This document shows, piece after piece, positions 40,029 through 49,684 of a stretch of 64,000 nt of DNA. The notes below the pieces were generated by a model, which made no database searches, was not told the origin of the DNA, and was given only the letters and a program-made list of their open reading frames with translations. The translations under genes were made by a program, and so were the position numbers. Numbering within the stretch: position 1 is the first letter of the stretch; every line of letters begins with the position of its first letter. The stretch is from Bacillota bacterium (GTDB lineage Bacteria; Bacillota; DTU025): assembly GCA_050951805.1 (NCBI GenBank), contig JBMNJT010000002.1, forward strand, positions 224,001 to 288,000, written 5' to 3'.

Positions 40029-40184
40029 CTACTTGATGCGCGCTACACGAAGCGCGAATGGGATTAGCACCGCGGCATACAAGATCACCTTTTTGATGTC
40101 TTTGGCGCGGAACATGTTAAACATGAGCACGGCGGTTATCATTGCCGTAATTACATAGTACAAAACGCTTATAACGCTCTGCAT
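40029..40184 (-). CDS. Small two-TM membrane protein
   Basis: GGAGG RBS; 51 aa, hydrophobic, ends IPFALRVARIK; embedded in the operon. Confidence 0.7.
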   Translation of the reverse strand: MQSVISVLYYVITAMITAVLMFNMFRAKDIKKVILYAAVLIPFALRVARIK

Positions 40185-40203
40185 GTGACATTCCTCCGTT
40201 CGT

Positions 40204-41490
40204 TCATCCACGGGCCAAAAATCCCAGCTTTGGGCTGAAGACTACGAACAGCGTTCCTATGACCAACACGAACAGCGCCGGCACGAGACACTGCTTGAGG
40301 AAGGCCTTGTAGTCTCCATCGTATCCCACAGCCATGACAGCTCCCCTTCCAACAGGGGCAGTCGGCGGCAGGCAGTCTCCCAATGGCCACATTGACGCCA
40401 TGCCCGCCAGAGCTATTACGGGATCATAACCCTTCATGTTGAGAAGGAACACCAACGGAACTCCCAACAGAGGGGCCGAAGCATACTGGAATATTCCCTC
40501 GGATACCGGAAGCACCACGAAGAGCGCCGCGAATATGGCTGCCAGCGGCATGGTGACCACCGAAAGAGATATCAAGCCTCTTGCGCCCGATAGAGCCATG
40601 ATCTGCACGAGTATCCCCACTATTGTTACTGTGCTTATCAGTGGCAGAAGATCCTCGACTGTATTCGAAAGGATCTCGAATACTCGCAACTTGACCGGAG
40701 ATAGGAGCACTACTGCCAGAGCTGAGAGCATGAAGGCAAGCGGAAGGCCTATAACCGGCATCGAAAAGGGAAACTGTCTGCCCAGTATGATGATGCCGAA
40801 GAAGACGACAAATGGTATCGCCACCTTGTACCAAGCCATGCCTTCAGGCGCCTCAGGAATTTCTTTCAAAGCTTGCTCGGCATCTATGGGCTTGCTCCCG
40901 CGTGCCAAATAGAATATGGAGAACAGTGCACCTGCGACAGATATTATGCCGAGAGGCAGAGTGAATCCAACATAGGGCATGTTAGCGCCGGCCGCCGCCA
41001 TCATCGCCCAAAGGTTGATCGGAGGCGCAGCTGCGCTCATTGCCGATCCCATGAACACGGCGGCTGCGACCCGATCTTTAGGGATGCCCATATAGCTTAG
41101 GACAGTGCCCACGAATGATCCGACGACGAGCACAGTCACTGTGCCGGATCCGGTCAGGGCGCCGGGAACGAGCATTATTAGTGTAAGAAGCAGAAGAAGC
41201 GCCACACGGTTCTTGTGAAACTTCGATATAATGCCTCTCACAATGTAGGTTACTCCTCCTGCTTCCTTCAGCAGGTTCATGAAGAACGTAGCTGTGATGA
41301 ATATGAAAACCACATCGAAATATGTGAAGGTCCCCTCCACGATGTGGCGGGCAGGGATCCCTGCCCCATGCGCGATGGCGCCTGCTATTGCCGCAATGAG
41401 CATAGATATTTCAGTGCCCAAGCGGAGTAGGATCGCGATCACGAAGGCGACGGCTATCACCGCCAGGACCATAGCTGCGTGAGCATACAC
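40204..41490 (-). CDS. TRAP large-subunit/ion-transporter-superfamily permease
   Basis: About 11-12 TM segments; PGALTGSG, AAPPINLWAM, CLPPT. Confidence 0.75.
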   Translation of the reverse strand: MYAHAAMVLAVIAVAFVIAILLRLGTEISMLIAAIAGAIAHGAGIPARHIVEGTFTYFDVVFIFITATFFMNLLKEAGGVTYIVRGIISKFHKNRVALLLLLTLIMLVPGALTGSGTVTVLVVGSFVGTVLSYMGIPKDRVAAAVFMGSAMSAAAPPINLWAMMAAAGANMPYVGFTLPLGIISVAGALFSIFYLARGSKPIDAEQALKEIPEAPEGMAWYKVAIPFVVFFGIIILGRQFPFSMPVIGLPLAFMLSALAVVLLSPVKLRVFEILSNTVEDLLPLISTVTIVGILVQIMALSGARGLISLSVVTMPLAAIFAALFVVLPVSEGIFQYASAPLLGVPLVFLLNMKGYDPVIALAGMASMWPLGDCLPPTAPVGRGAVMAVGYDGDYKAFLKQCLVPALFVLVIGTLFVVFSPKLGFLARG

Positions 41491-41543
41491 AGGTTATTCC
41501 ACCTCGTCCTAGTACAAATTAAGGCGTTAAGCTCTCTTGTCTA

Positions 41544-42176
41544 TTATCTAAACAGAACGCTGAACGCGTACTTGAAATCCATGGATTCAACGGTCCTGAT
41601 GATCGGAATCCCCTTCTGCTTTGCTGCGTTCGTGAAGAAGCCGTCCTTGTCTACTTCCTTCCTCACGATGAGAATATCGGACTTCGATGTGACTGCTCTG
41701 TTCGATTTCTCGTCGGACTCATCCGTCCGCCGCGCGCTTCCCTCTATCTGAATTCCTACTATGGTCATTCCGAGCTTCTTAGCCTGATCAGCCAGGGCGT
41801 TGCATCTTGCGACTTCCTTGTCGATATCTACCCCTGCGCCGCCCATTCCCTTCAAGCTGGTTCCCATGGACATTATCAGGGTCTTGTAGGCGGTCTTCGG
41901 GTTCTTGCTCGCCTTTACCAAGTCTTCGGCGGTAACCATATCGTCATGGGTGACGTCGATCTTCAGCTGCTTCATCAGCACTTTAGCCCATGATGCGCCC
42001 GGAGCCTGTCCAATTGAGGTTATGAGAACCGGCTGGTCGAGCTTGGGTAACTTTGCAGGAATCTCGATCCCTGCGGGCTTGCTGACTGAGCCGAAGCATA
42101 CGCCTGTTGACAGAATCATGCTCATGACTGCTGCAATGGCAATCAGGATTGTTCGTCGAACAGAAGAGTGTTTCAT
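41544..42176 (-). CDS. DUF6305-like secreted protein
   Basis: Signal peptide; PVLITSIGQAPG, GTSLKGMGGAGVDIDKEVAR, QIEGSARR, DKDGFFT. Confidence 0.7.
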   Translation of the reverse strand: MKHSSVRRTILIAIAAVMSMILSTGVCFGSVSKPAGIEIPAKLPKLDQPVLITSIGQAPGASWAKVLMKQLKIDVTHDDMVTAEDLVKASKNPKTAYKTLIMSMGTSLKGMGGAGVDIDKEVARCNALADQAKKLGMTIVGIQIEGSARRTDESDEKSNRAVTSKSDILIVRKEVDKDGFFTNAAKQKGIPIIRTVESMDFKYAFSVLFR

Positions 42177-42234
42177 GTTGTGTAAATCTCCTTTCTTTTC
42201 CTGAAGCACTTGTGTTGACCTACTACGATTTAGC

Positions 42235-42264
42235 CCTCGGTTTCGCCATCTGGCGAAACCGAGG
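42235..42264 (-). other. Intercistronic hairpin
   Basis: CCTCGGTTTCGCCA-tc-TGGCGAAACCGAGG. Confidence 0.6.
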
Positions 42265-42306
42265 ACAATTCTGCGGATCATCGTCCACAGATGAAAGGCC
42301 AGATGA

Positions 42307-43887
42307 CTAGAAGGTGTTGTCGTTCCACTTCAACGTCAGTTCTTCGGCCGCCCGATAGTAGGTGTCAACCGCCTTGGCACATCTCGAATGTGTGTAGTTT
42401 GTCAGGAATGTCTTGGCCAGAGCGGGGTCTTTCTCATAGAGCTCCACGGCAGCCTTCTCGATCACTGGCTGAAGCTCGAACTGCTCGGCCTCGAACGGTT
42501 CTCTCACCTTTTTGAGGTCGGCCAATATGTCGACGTATCTTCGGCTGACGAGGTTGTCCATGTACTCAAACACCCACCATGCCGATTCCTTCATGCTGTC
42601 GAAGGTAAAGACCGTTCTGTCGTTAACAGCGTAGTTCTTTGGCAGGCTGTCGACTCCGCAGTAGATCGGTACATACACGGATGACAGCGGGTTGCTCAGA
42701 CCAAACCAGCAAAGGCCGCCCACTGGATCAGGGAGCCAGTCGCGTGCTTGGACTATCGTGAAGTAGGAGCAGTAGGGAACTGCGATGTTTCGCATGTTCA
42801 CTGGGATTCCTATATGCTGTCTTCGTGCGGTGCCTGGGTTGGGCTGCGCGTACGGGGTCTTCACAGGGTTACCCTGTTTGTCGACAACAGGGTTACCTTC
42901 GGCATCCTTCAGATACCATCCTGGGGCGTCGGCCATATCGAATTCCGTACCCTGATAGTGATCGCGATAGATGTTCATCATGTCCTGAACAGTGATTGGC
43001 CGCTCGGCTTTGACGGTGAAGGGATACCTGTCGGCATTGGGATCTAGGTTAAGGGAGGGAGCTACCATTGAGAGGACTCTCCACTCGCGGAGCTTGCATC
43101 CAAACCAGTTGCTGGGGCAGTACGCCTTCCAGAACAAGAACTCTTCGCCGCTTTCCGGATCCCACCAGCCATTTTCGATGGCTACATCAAATACGTTGGA
43201 TGAGCACATATAGTTCTCTGGATCGTCCGGGTTGACCTCGCAGATTCGGCTTCTGTTGGCTGAAACGCCAACATGGCCTTCGGGGATGCGGACGGCGGCC
43301 CAAATGGCGCCCTTCTGGAAGTTGCCTGGAGGCATAACTTCAAAGTGCCATATTTCGTTCGGGTCTCCCACGGTGAGGCATTCGCCGCCATCGATGTAGC
43401 CGTAAGTCTCGGCTAGCTCGCCCATGATCTGGACTGCCTCTCGTGCCGTCTTCGCTCTCTGCAGTCCGAGGATCTGGAGGGTATCTATATAAAGAAGCCC
43501 TATGTCGGTGCTGAGCTCTGACCGGTTGCCGATGGTCGTTTCGCCCATGATCACTTGATGTTCGTTCATGTAAGGATAGCCGGCGTGGAAGTACGTGTAT
43601 GTTACAGGGGCCTCGGGAATTTCCCCGATCAGTTCCGGCTCTGCATAGTCGGCATGCAGATGGTCTCTATAGCACTTGAACGTATCTTCTGGCTTGTGTG
43701 TTTTGCCTGGCACGACATATGTCCTGGCGTCGTACCAACCGTCGCACGTATGCGCTGTCATAACTGATCCATCTGCGGAAGCGCCCTTCGATACTGGCAC
43801 TGATGTGCAAGCAAAGGCTGGGAAAGCAGATGCAATGACCATTACGATCGCGAGCAATAGTCCAGTGTACTTAGATTTCGTTCTCAA
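42307..43887 (-). CDS. Secreted peptidase C69 (Ntn-hydrolase dipeptidase/secernin-like)
   Basis: Signal peptide ending AFA|CTS gives an N-terminal Cys nucleophile; DGSVMTAH, MNEHQVIMGETT, AKTAREAV, WAAVRIP, RDHYQGT. Confidence 0.88.
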   Translation of the reverse strand: MRTKSKYTGLLLAIVMVIASAFPAFACTSVPVSKGASADGSVMTAHTCDGWYDARTYVVPGKTHKPEDTFKCYRDHLHADYAEPELIGEIPEAPVTYTYFHAGYPYMNEHQVIMGETTIGNRSELSTDIGLLYIDTLQILGLQRAKTAREAVQIMGELAETYGYIDGGECLTVGDPNEIWHFEVMPPGNFQKGAIWAAVRIPEGHVGVSANRSRICEVNPDDPENYMCSSNVFDVAIENGWWDPESGEEFLFWKAYCPSNWFGCKLREWRVLSMVAPSLNLDPNADRYPFTVKAERPITVQDMMNIYRDHYQGTEFDMADAPGWYLKDAEGNPVVDKQGNPVKTPYAQPNPGTARRQHIGIPVNMRNIAVPYCSYFTIVQARDWLPDPVGGLCWFGLSNPLSSVYVPIYCGVDSLPKNYAVNDRTVFTFDSMKESAWWVFEYMDNLVSRRYVDILADLKKVREPFEAEQFELQPVIEKAAVELYEKDPALAKTFLTNYTHSRCAKAVDTYYRAAEELTLKWNDNTF

Positions 43888-44331
43888 CTACGTTCGCCTC
43901 CTGTTTGCTGGAGATAAAATGCTTCAAATCGTGAGTACAGTTTCGACTGCTCAAGCAGAGCGCCTTGTCTATGCCATGATCACCTCCCTAGCGTCAAATG
44001 CAACCAATAGACCGACATTGACCCAAATTACACGAAGCCCGAAACTTTGTGTAATTTTTCGCAATATCTACGGAAAGCTTCTACATGTGAAACATAAATC
44101 CTCCTTATGATTGAAAAAACATTTCGTGATATCATCCATATCGACCGCAAGACTGCTAATTAGACCGCAACAAATCTCTTCGCAGTCCTCGAGTTTGTAT
44201 TGCCGCTGTCTGCGAGTTAGCCGGGGGACTACTAAGGTCCTTTACTGGCCTTCGGTAGAAGCCTAGGAAAGCGCCGTGCAGCGTGGAGCCGGCCAAGGTT
44301 CGCCGCGGGGGCGAGCAGGTTTTGCAGACCA

Positions 44332-44598
44332 GTCTAAGTCTTAGCCATTTGCAATCGCAAAGCGTTCAAAAACTAGACGGTAGTGGTCTCAAACTTAGAC
44401 ACTCGCTTGCGCTCTAAGCCAATATGTGGGTATATGCACTTCTGCATAGTTATTTATCCCCGGAAACTGGGTCCTTGTGACAGTGCATGCCGGATTACCC
44501 CTGCCTAAGATTGCCTTCCGGCTTCAAGCGGCTAAAATTTAGACGGGGCCAGTCTAAAACTTGGACACCTGCGCCCGAAAAGCGACTAAATAATAGAC
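44332..44598. promoter_or_regulatory. Six palindromic 15-bp boxes (GTCTAAnnnTTAGAC) in two mirror-image triads
   Basis: Boxes start at 44332, 44364, 44386 and 44530, 44552, 44584 (spacings 32,22 / 22,32); degenerate seventh at 44151. Confidence 0.75.
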
Positions 44599-45163
44599 AT
44601 ATTCCTTGAAGGCAGGCCCAAGTCGCCCTTTCATATGAGTGCGTTGAATGCATAAACCGTCGGAGCGCTCACACGGATCTCATGGTCGGGAGCGTATGCG
44701 CGTCGCTTTCGTGGTTGCAAAGAAGATGGTTGCCCGCGAGCGTCGAACCGGGATTTCGATTACGCCATCTACCCTGGCCTTGCCCCGGGGATCATATCCC
44801 GGTGCGGCTGAGTTTATGGCTAAGGCCAAGATCCCCCAAAACCGCGTGCGTTGTCGATGCACAAATGCGAACCAATTACCGCACTGCGACATAGGTGCAA
44901 AGATGTGTCTACTCCTAGCAGACATCATATAGAAGGCTAACCGATAGCGCAAAAAGCTCATTGGGAGTTACTTATGGGAGTCACTTAGATGAAATACAGG
45001 CACTGAGATGAGTATATGTTGTAAGCCAACATTTGCCTTACTGACTGAGCTGCATGAGAAAGTTCTTGGGTGATGACCCCACATTTCGCTAGAAGGAATT
45101 GCGTCTTGCTCATCGAAAATTGAAAGAATATCGAGCCTGCATCGATACAAAAGGGTGATATGT

Positions 45164-46351
45164 ATGCACGGTTTTGCGGTGATGTGCGCCTGTCTTTTCG
45201 TGGCCGGAGTTATCGAGAACTGGTTGCACACGCGCCGTCTCAGCAGAATATCCGTTAGAATACACGTGAACGGCACTAGGGGAAAATCGACAATCACGAG
45301 GTTGATAGCTGCTGGTTTGCGTGCCGGAGGTATGCGCGTGATTGCAAAGACCACAGGCACGGCGGCAAGAATCATATTTGAGGACGGCTCGGAAGAGCCG
45401 GTTGTACGACGCGGAAATTGCGCCAACATCTCCGAGCAGATGAGACTAGTCAAGTTGGCCGAATCGAGGGGGGCAGACGCGATAGTCGTGGAGTGCATGG
45501 CACTTCAGCCTGAAAACCAATGGGCAGCGGAGCGGCACATGATCAAGTCTACAGTGGGCGTGATAACCAACGTGCGCGACGATCACTTGGATGTCATGGG
45601 CCCGACCGTGCACGACGTTGCCGAAGCCCTTTCGTTAACCGTTCCATACGGAGGCGCGCTGGTCACTGCGGAGCAGAAGTTCCTCCATGTCTTTGAAGAT
45701 AGAGCGCGGAAGACGGGAGCGTCCGTTTACGTGGTAGACGCATCCGGTGCACCGGCTGATGCAACCGCAAACTTCGACTACATCAGTTTTCCTGAAAACA
45801 TTGCATGTGCGCTGAAAGTGTGTGAATTGTGCGGCGTGCCGCGTGATCTGGCGCTGGAAGGAATGCTGACCGCCCAGGGAGATCCTGGAGCCACGCGAAT
45901 ACTCAGGATCGATCGGGGCAAGGCCTCTTACGTTTTCGTCAATGCGTTTGCCGCTAATGACCGTGACTCTACAGAACTGGTATGCAAGGCGGCGGAAGGC
46001 AGGATCGCCCCGTTCATCCGGAAGGGGCTGCCAGCCATCGTCATTTTGAACAACAGGTCTGATAGGCCATTTCGCGCTGAAGAGCTTGCCGGCTTCGTCG
46101 CGGAGAGTATTTCACCCCAATGGGCATTTGTGGTGGGCGAGGCAGGCAGGGTGGCCGTACGGGGACTTAAGAGGGGCAAAGTTGCAGAATCCGTCATCGT
46201 GGATCTCACGCACCAGCCCAAAGCGGAGAGAATATTGGCAAAAGTGGCAGATCGATGCCCTGCAGGGGCCGTCATATATGGGATTGGAAACACCAGGGGC
46301 ATGGGCGAGAGGATAATCCAGTATTTCGAGGCAAACGGGGTGGCATTGTGA
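45164..46351 (+). CDS. pgsB: Poly-gamma-glutamate synthase PgsB/CapB
   Basis: RIHVNGTRGKS, AKTTGT, ANISEQ, ECMALQP, ITNVRDDHLDVMG, NAFAAND, NNRSDR, YGIGN. Confidence 0.95.
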   Translation: MHGFAVMCACLFVAGVIENWLHTRRLSRISVRIHVNGTRGKSTITRLIAAGLRAGGMRVIAKTTGTAARIIFEDGSEEPVVRRGNCANISEQMRLVKLAESRGADAIVVECMALQPENQWAAERHMIKSTVGVITNVRDDHLDVMGPTVHDVAEALSLTVPYGGALVTAEQKFLHVFEDRARKTGASVYVVDASGAPADATANFDYISFPENIACALKVCELCGVPRDLALEGMLTAQGDPGATRILRIDRGKASYVFVNAFAANDRDSTELVCKAAEGRIAPFIRKGLPAIVILNNRSDRPFRAEELAGFVAESISPQWAFVVGEAGRVAVRGLKRGKVAESVIVDLTHQPKAERILAKVADRCPAGAVIYGIGNTRGMGERIIQYFEANGVAL

Positions 46352-46779
46352 CCGTAACCGTCTCAATTGGAATTGGACTAATAGTCGGCTTCATCTTCAC
46401 CGAACTGACAGGGCTATACGCCGGAGGCCTGGTGGTCCCCGGGTATCTCGCATTATACCTTGATCAGCCGCTCAGAATATTGGCCACATTCCTGGTGGCT
46501 CTCCTAGCTTACGGGATTGTGTGGGTCATATCGAATTTCCTTGCAATCTATGGAAGGCGGCGTTTCATGGCCTGCGTCATAGTCGGTTTCTGGCTGGGCT
46601 GGCTGCTGAACAGGACTGGCATGAGCATTACACCGGGAGGGCCCCAATTGCGGGCGATTGGTTACATCATTCCAGGCCTCATAGCAAACGACATTGCCAG
46701 GCAGGGAGCCGCACGCACATTCCTATCAGTGCTTGTGGTTGCTGCAGTGGTTAGGTTGCTTATGATCGTTTTTGCCTGA
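46348..46779 (+). CDS. pgsC: Poly-gamma-glutamate biosynthesis protein PgsC/CapC
   Basis: GGLVVPGYLAL, YGRRRF, IGYIIPGLIAN; GTGA overlap with pgsB. Confidence 0.95.
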   Translation: MTVTVSIGIGLIVGFIFTELTGLYAGGLVVPGYLALYLDQPLRILATFLVALLAYGIVWVISNFLAIYGRRRFMACVIVGFWLGWLLNRTGMSITPGGPQLRAIGYIIPGLIANDIARQGAARTFLSVLVVAAVVRLLMIVFA

Positions 46780-46942
46780 AGGGCGTGTTGACGTATCCTA
46801 TTGCCGACAGGCTTTCGTGGCAAGTTGTAAGAAGCATTTGACATTGTAAAGCGTCTAAGGGCCGAACTGCTGGCAGCGCAAAGAAGTGGCGCTCTTGGGG
46901 GTTGGCGGCTGCCTGAGGGTGTTAGAGGGAGGGAACGAACGG

Positions 46943-48103
46943 GTGAAAAAGGGTTGCATGGCGCCCACGGGGCGACAATATGGAAGGGATCGAGTCAACT
47001 TCGGCATCTTGCTCTTGGCGTCTCTTGTGGCGTTGGCAGCCTTGGCGGTTTCGGTGCGGCCTGACCGCATTGGACTGCCTGGCGATCCCCGAGGCAGTGT
47101 AGGGGCATGTGTGGAGGAACAGATTGCAGCTGCCGAAATCATGGCAGAATGCATCGCAGCTGTGCGCGATGCCAGGGCCGAGCTGGGCATTGCTATCGAT
47201 CCTGACCTCGACCCCAACGGAACAGGGCTGATCGGTCATGATCTCACTCCGCTCACCACTACTGTTGGGGTTTTGGAGGCGAAGCGCACTGCCACCAGTC
47301 CCGATTTCGCGGCCCTCATGGTGAAGTATTTCAACGAGGCTGGGCTGCGGGAGGGCGATGTGGTAGCAGTGGGCGCCAGCGGTTCATTCCCGTCCTTGAT
47401 TATCGCCACGTTGGCTGCTTCAAGGGCTATGAATCTCGAACCTATCCTCATATACTCCATAGGTGCTTCGATGTACGGCGCTACCATACCAGAGTTTACT
47501 TTCATCGAGATGTTGGACGCGATACGGGCCAAAGGGATCCTCCCTTATTACATCGCCGCTGTGTCGCTTGGCGGAGACGACGATGCAGGCGGAGGCGGCC
47601 TGTTCGAGGAATCGAGAGACATATCGGAGGAGATCGCCGAGCGCTCGGGAGCGTACGTAATACGTGAGGATTCGATCGAAAAGAGCGTAGCCAGGCGCAT
47701 GCAGGTTTTCGAAGAGGCTGCAGCCGAGCATGGTCGGCCCATAGCCTGTTTTGTGAACGTAGGTGGGGCTTCGGCCAACTACGGGGCAACCTCAGCTTCA
47801 CTCGACTTTCCCAACGGTTTGGTGATGGTTCCGAAAGTAATGTCTGTAGATCCCAAAAGGGGCTTGATGTTCGAGTATGCCGCAATGGGGCTGCCGGTAA
47901 TAAACCTCATAGACATCAGGGGACTTGCGATCCAAAATGGCATTCCAGTAGACCCCATTCCCCTTCCAGGTCCTGGCGAGGGACGTGTGTATGCCGCTCA
48001 TAGCTGCTCCAAACCCGCAGCCGCCGTCGGGCTTGCGGGCTGTCTCTTCTTGATCGGCGGAGCATGGGCAAAGAGCAGAAGGCGTTTGCAACCCGATGGC
48101 TAG
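46943..48103 (+). CDS. pgsW: Poly-gamma-glutamate system protein (TIGR04332/PgsW-like)
   Basis: DPNGTGLIG..TPLTTTVG.LEAKRTATSPDFAA, GASGSFP, SIGASMYGAT, FVNVGG, PVINL; N- and C-terminal TMs. Confidence 0.85.
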   Translation: MKKGCMAPTGRQYGRDRVNFGILLLASLVALAALAVSVRPDRIGLPGDPRGSVGACVEEQIAAAEIMAECIAAVRDARAELGIAIDPDLDPNGTGLIGHDLTPLTTTVGVLEAKRTATSPDFAALMVKYFNEAGLREGDVVAVGASGSFPSLIIATLAASRAMNLEPILIYSIGASMYGATIPEFTFIEMLDAIRAKGILPYYIAAVSLGGDDDAGGGGLFEESRDISEEIAERSGAYVIREDSIEKSVARRMQVFEEAAAEHGRPIACFVNVGGASANYGATSASLDFPNGLVMVPKVMSVDPKRGLMFEYAAMGLPVINLIDIRGLAIQNGIPVDPIPLPGPGEGRVYAAHSCSKPAAAVGLAGCLFLIGGAWAKSRRRLQPDG

Positions 48104-48241
48104 GGACGCACTCGGTATAGGCCGCCTTCAGTTTACTTTCGCGGGCTGTGCCTAGAACCTAGACACCTCGCCCAGATCTCTGGGCTGCTTCGCTCCCTGC
48201 GTGCCACAATCGTAGCACGCCCAATACCACATCGGAACCCG

Positions 48242-48270
48242 TTGACATGCAGGAAAGAAGCTGATAACAT
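48242..48270 (+). promoter_or_regulatory. sigmaA promoter of tRNA-Thr
   Basis: TTGACA-17 bp-TAACAT with extended -10 TG. Confidence 0.65.
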
Positions 48271-48292
48271 TGTTCCTGCTGAAGTTCGATTG

Positions 48293-48368
<76 letters not shown>

Positions 48369-48430
48369 CTAACATACCACACGAACGTGCTAATCAATCA
48401 TGCAAGACGCAACAGGAGATCTCAGAAAAT

Positions 48431-48459
48431 GGACGCCCATTCAGGGGCGTTTTCTTTTT
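48431..48459 (+). terminator. Intrinsic terminator after tRNA-Thr
   Basis: GGACGCCC-attcag-GGGCGTTT followed by TCTTTTT. Confidence 0.65.
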
Positions 48460-48729
48460 GTCGTCTTTCCGGAACTCCCTACGACTGACAGAGGCATGTG
48501 CCGATGGTGAACGAGACAGGAATAATCTCGCCGCTTTGCTCCGGGAAGAATGGTGCGATGGCGGATAATACATGCGCAAGCCTACTTCTCCATCACCCTG
48601 GCACCGCCTTTGCCGACACGTTAAGTCCGCTCTGCGGTTTCAGTAGCCTTTGTCAAGTGCCTCAGTCCTGGTCCACATGCCTTTGCTGCTGAATACATTG
48701 AATCAGGTATTCTATACGAGGTGAACGGT

Positions 48730-49509
48730 ATGTGGTTGTTCCAAAAACCCAAAACGCCATCGGGTGAGGATAGTCTCTGTTATCCACCGTGTCCACCGTG
48801 CTCACCGTGTTTGCCATGTCCGCCATGTCCGCCCGGACCGCCTGGTCCGCAGGGTCCCCCTGGTCCGCAGGGTACACAGGGACCGCCAGGTCCACAGGGA
48901 CCACAGGGTCCTCCTGGTCCGCAGGGTTCGCCTGGTCCACAGGGTCCTCCTGGTCCTCAGGGTCCACAGGGTCCGCCTGGTCCGCCGGCTCGCATCTGTC
49001 CATGTGGCAATCTAGTGGCCAACGGATCGTTTGACGATTGGGATAGTGCTAATGAGCCATCTGGCTGGAACATTGCGGGAAATGTTGGAGAAGAAACCAC
49101 GAACGTGCATACCCTGGGATTTTCTGCAAACCTTGGAACACCGACAGGGGTAGATAACCCTGCCAAATTGGGGCAGACATTGACCGAGGTCAAATGTGGA
49201 TGCTGCTATCGCTTTGAATTCCATGCCACCGGTCACAACAATTCGGAGGATGCCTTTCGCGCCCAGGTGCTCTTCGACGGCAGCGTGGTGACGGAGGTGT
49301 TGCTTCCGAGCCCAGTGGAGCCTCAGTACAGCTACTTTAGTGCCTATGTACCCTGCGTTCCTCCTGGCGTCACTGTAGACATTCTGTTCATCAAGCCTGG
49401 CGCAGGGACTTGGTTTATCGATGATGTCGGGTTCATAGCCGAGGGCCCGTGCACCGGCGGATACTGGCATCCTTTTGGCGGTTGTGATTCTGGCGTGTCC
49501 ACAGTATAG
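48730..49509 (+). CDS. Collagen-like protein with Cys-X-Pro leader and C-terminal CBM-like beta-sandwich
   Basis: 17 Gly-X-Y triplets (mostly GPP/GPQ) preceded by [19 protein letters not shown]; C-terminal domain [11 protein letters not shown]...WFIDDV. Confidence 0.8.
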   Translation: MWLFQKPKTPSGEDSLCYPPCPPCSPCLPCPPCPPGPPGPQGPPGPQGTQGPPGPQGPQGPPGPQGSPGPQGPPGPQGPQGPPGPPARICPCGNLVANGSFDDWDSANEPSGWNIAGNVGEETTNVHTLGFSANLGTPTGVDNPAKLGQTLTEVKCGCCYRFEFHATGHNNSEDAFRAQVLFDGSVVTEVLLPSPVEPQYSYFSAYVPCVPPGVTVDILFIKPGAGTWFIDDVGFIAEGPCTGGYWHPFGGCDSGVSTV

Positions 49510-49684
49510 CCTGAACGCAAAATGGAAGCTAACTGAAGGGCAAGCGCCAACAAGAGACAGGCATTCGGCATCGATCTGCCGACTTTCTGAAGGGCGCGTG
49601 CCCTTCGATGACATGGCCGAATACACTATACACGTATGTGGTATACTACAAAAAAAGAGATCAGTCCGGGAGGTCATGAAATAG

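Noticed and set aside
44425-44458. ArgR/AhrC-like box (TGCATAGTTATTTA) between the two operator triads
   Set aside because: Only a partial match, and the spacing to the neighbouring half-site does not fit tandem ARG boxes
44332-44598. CRISPR array interpretation of the repeated GTCTAA/TTAGAC boxes
   Set aside because: Units are 15-bp degenerate palindromes with 7- and 17-bp spacers in mirrored order, and there are no cas genes; this fits protein-binding sites better
44648-44961. Short ORFs on both strands in the pgs intergenic region
   Set aside because: No convincing RBS or recognisable domain; cannot be supported as genes or as a regulator remnant
48780-48990. 9-bp tandem DNA repeat as a VNTR or non-coding repeat; overlapping ORFs 48662-49003(-), 48764-49015 and 48789-49034
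   Set aside because: Fully explained by the collagen Gly-X-Y coding frame; the other frames are shadows
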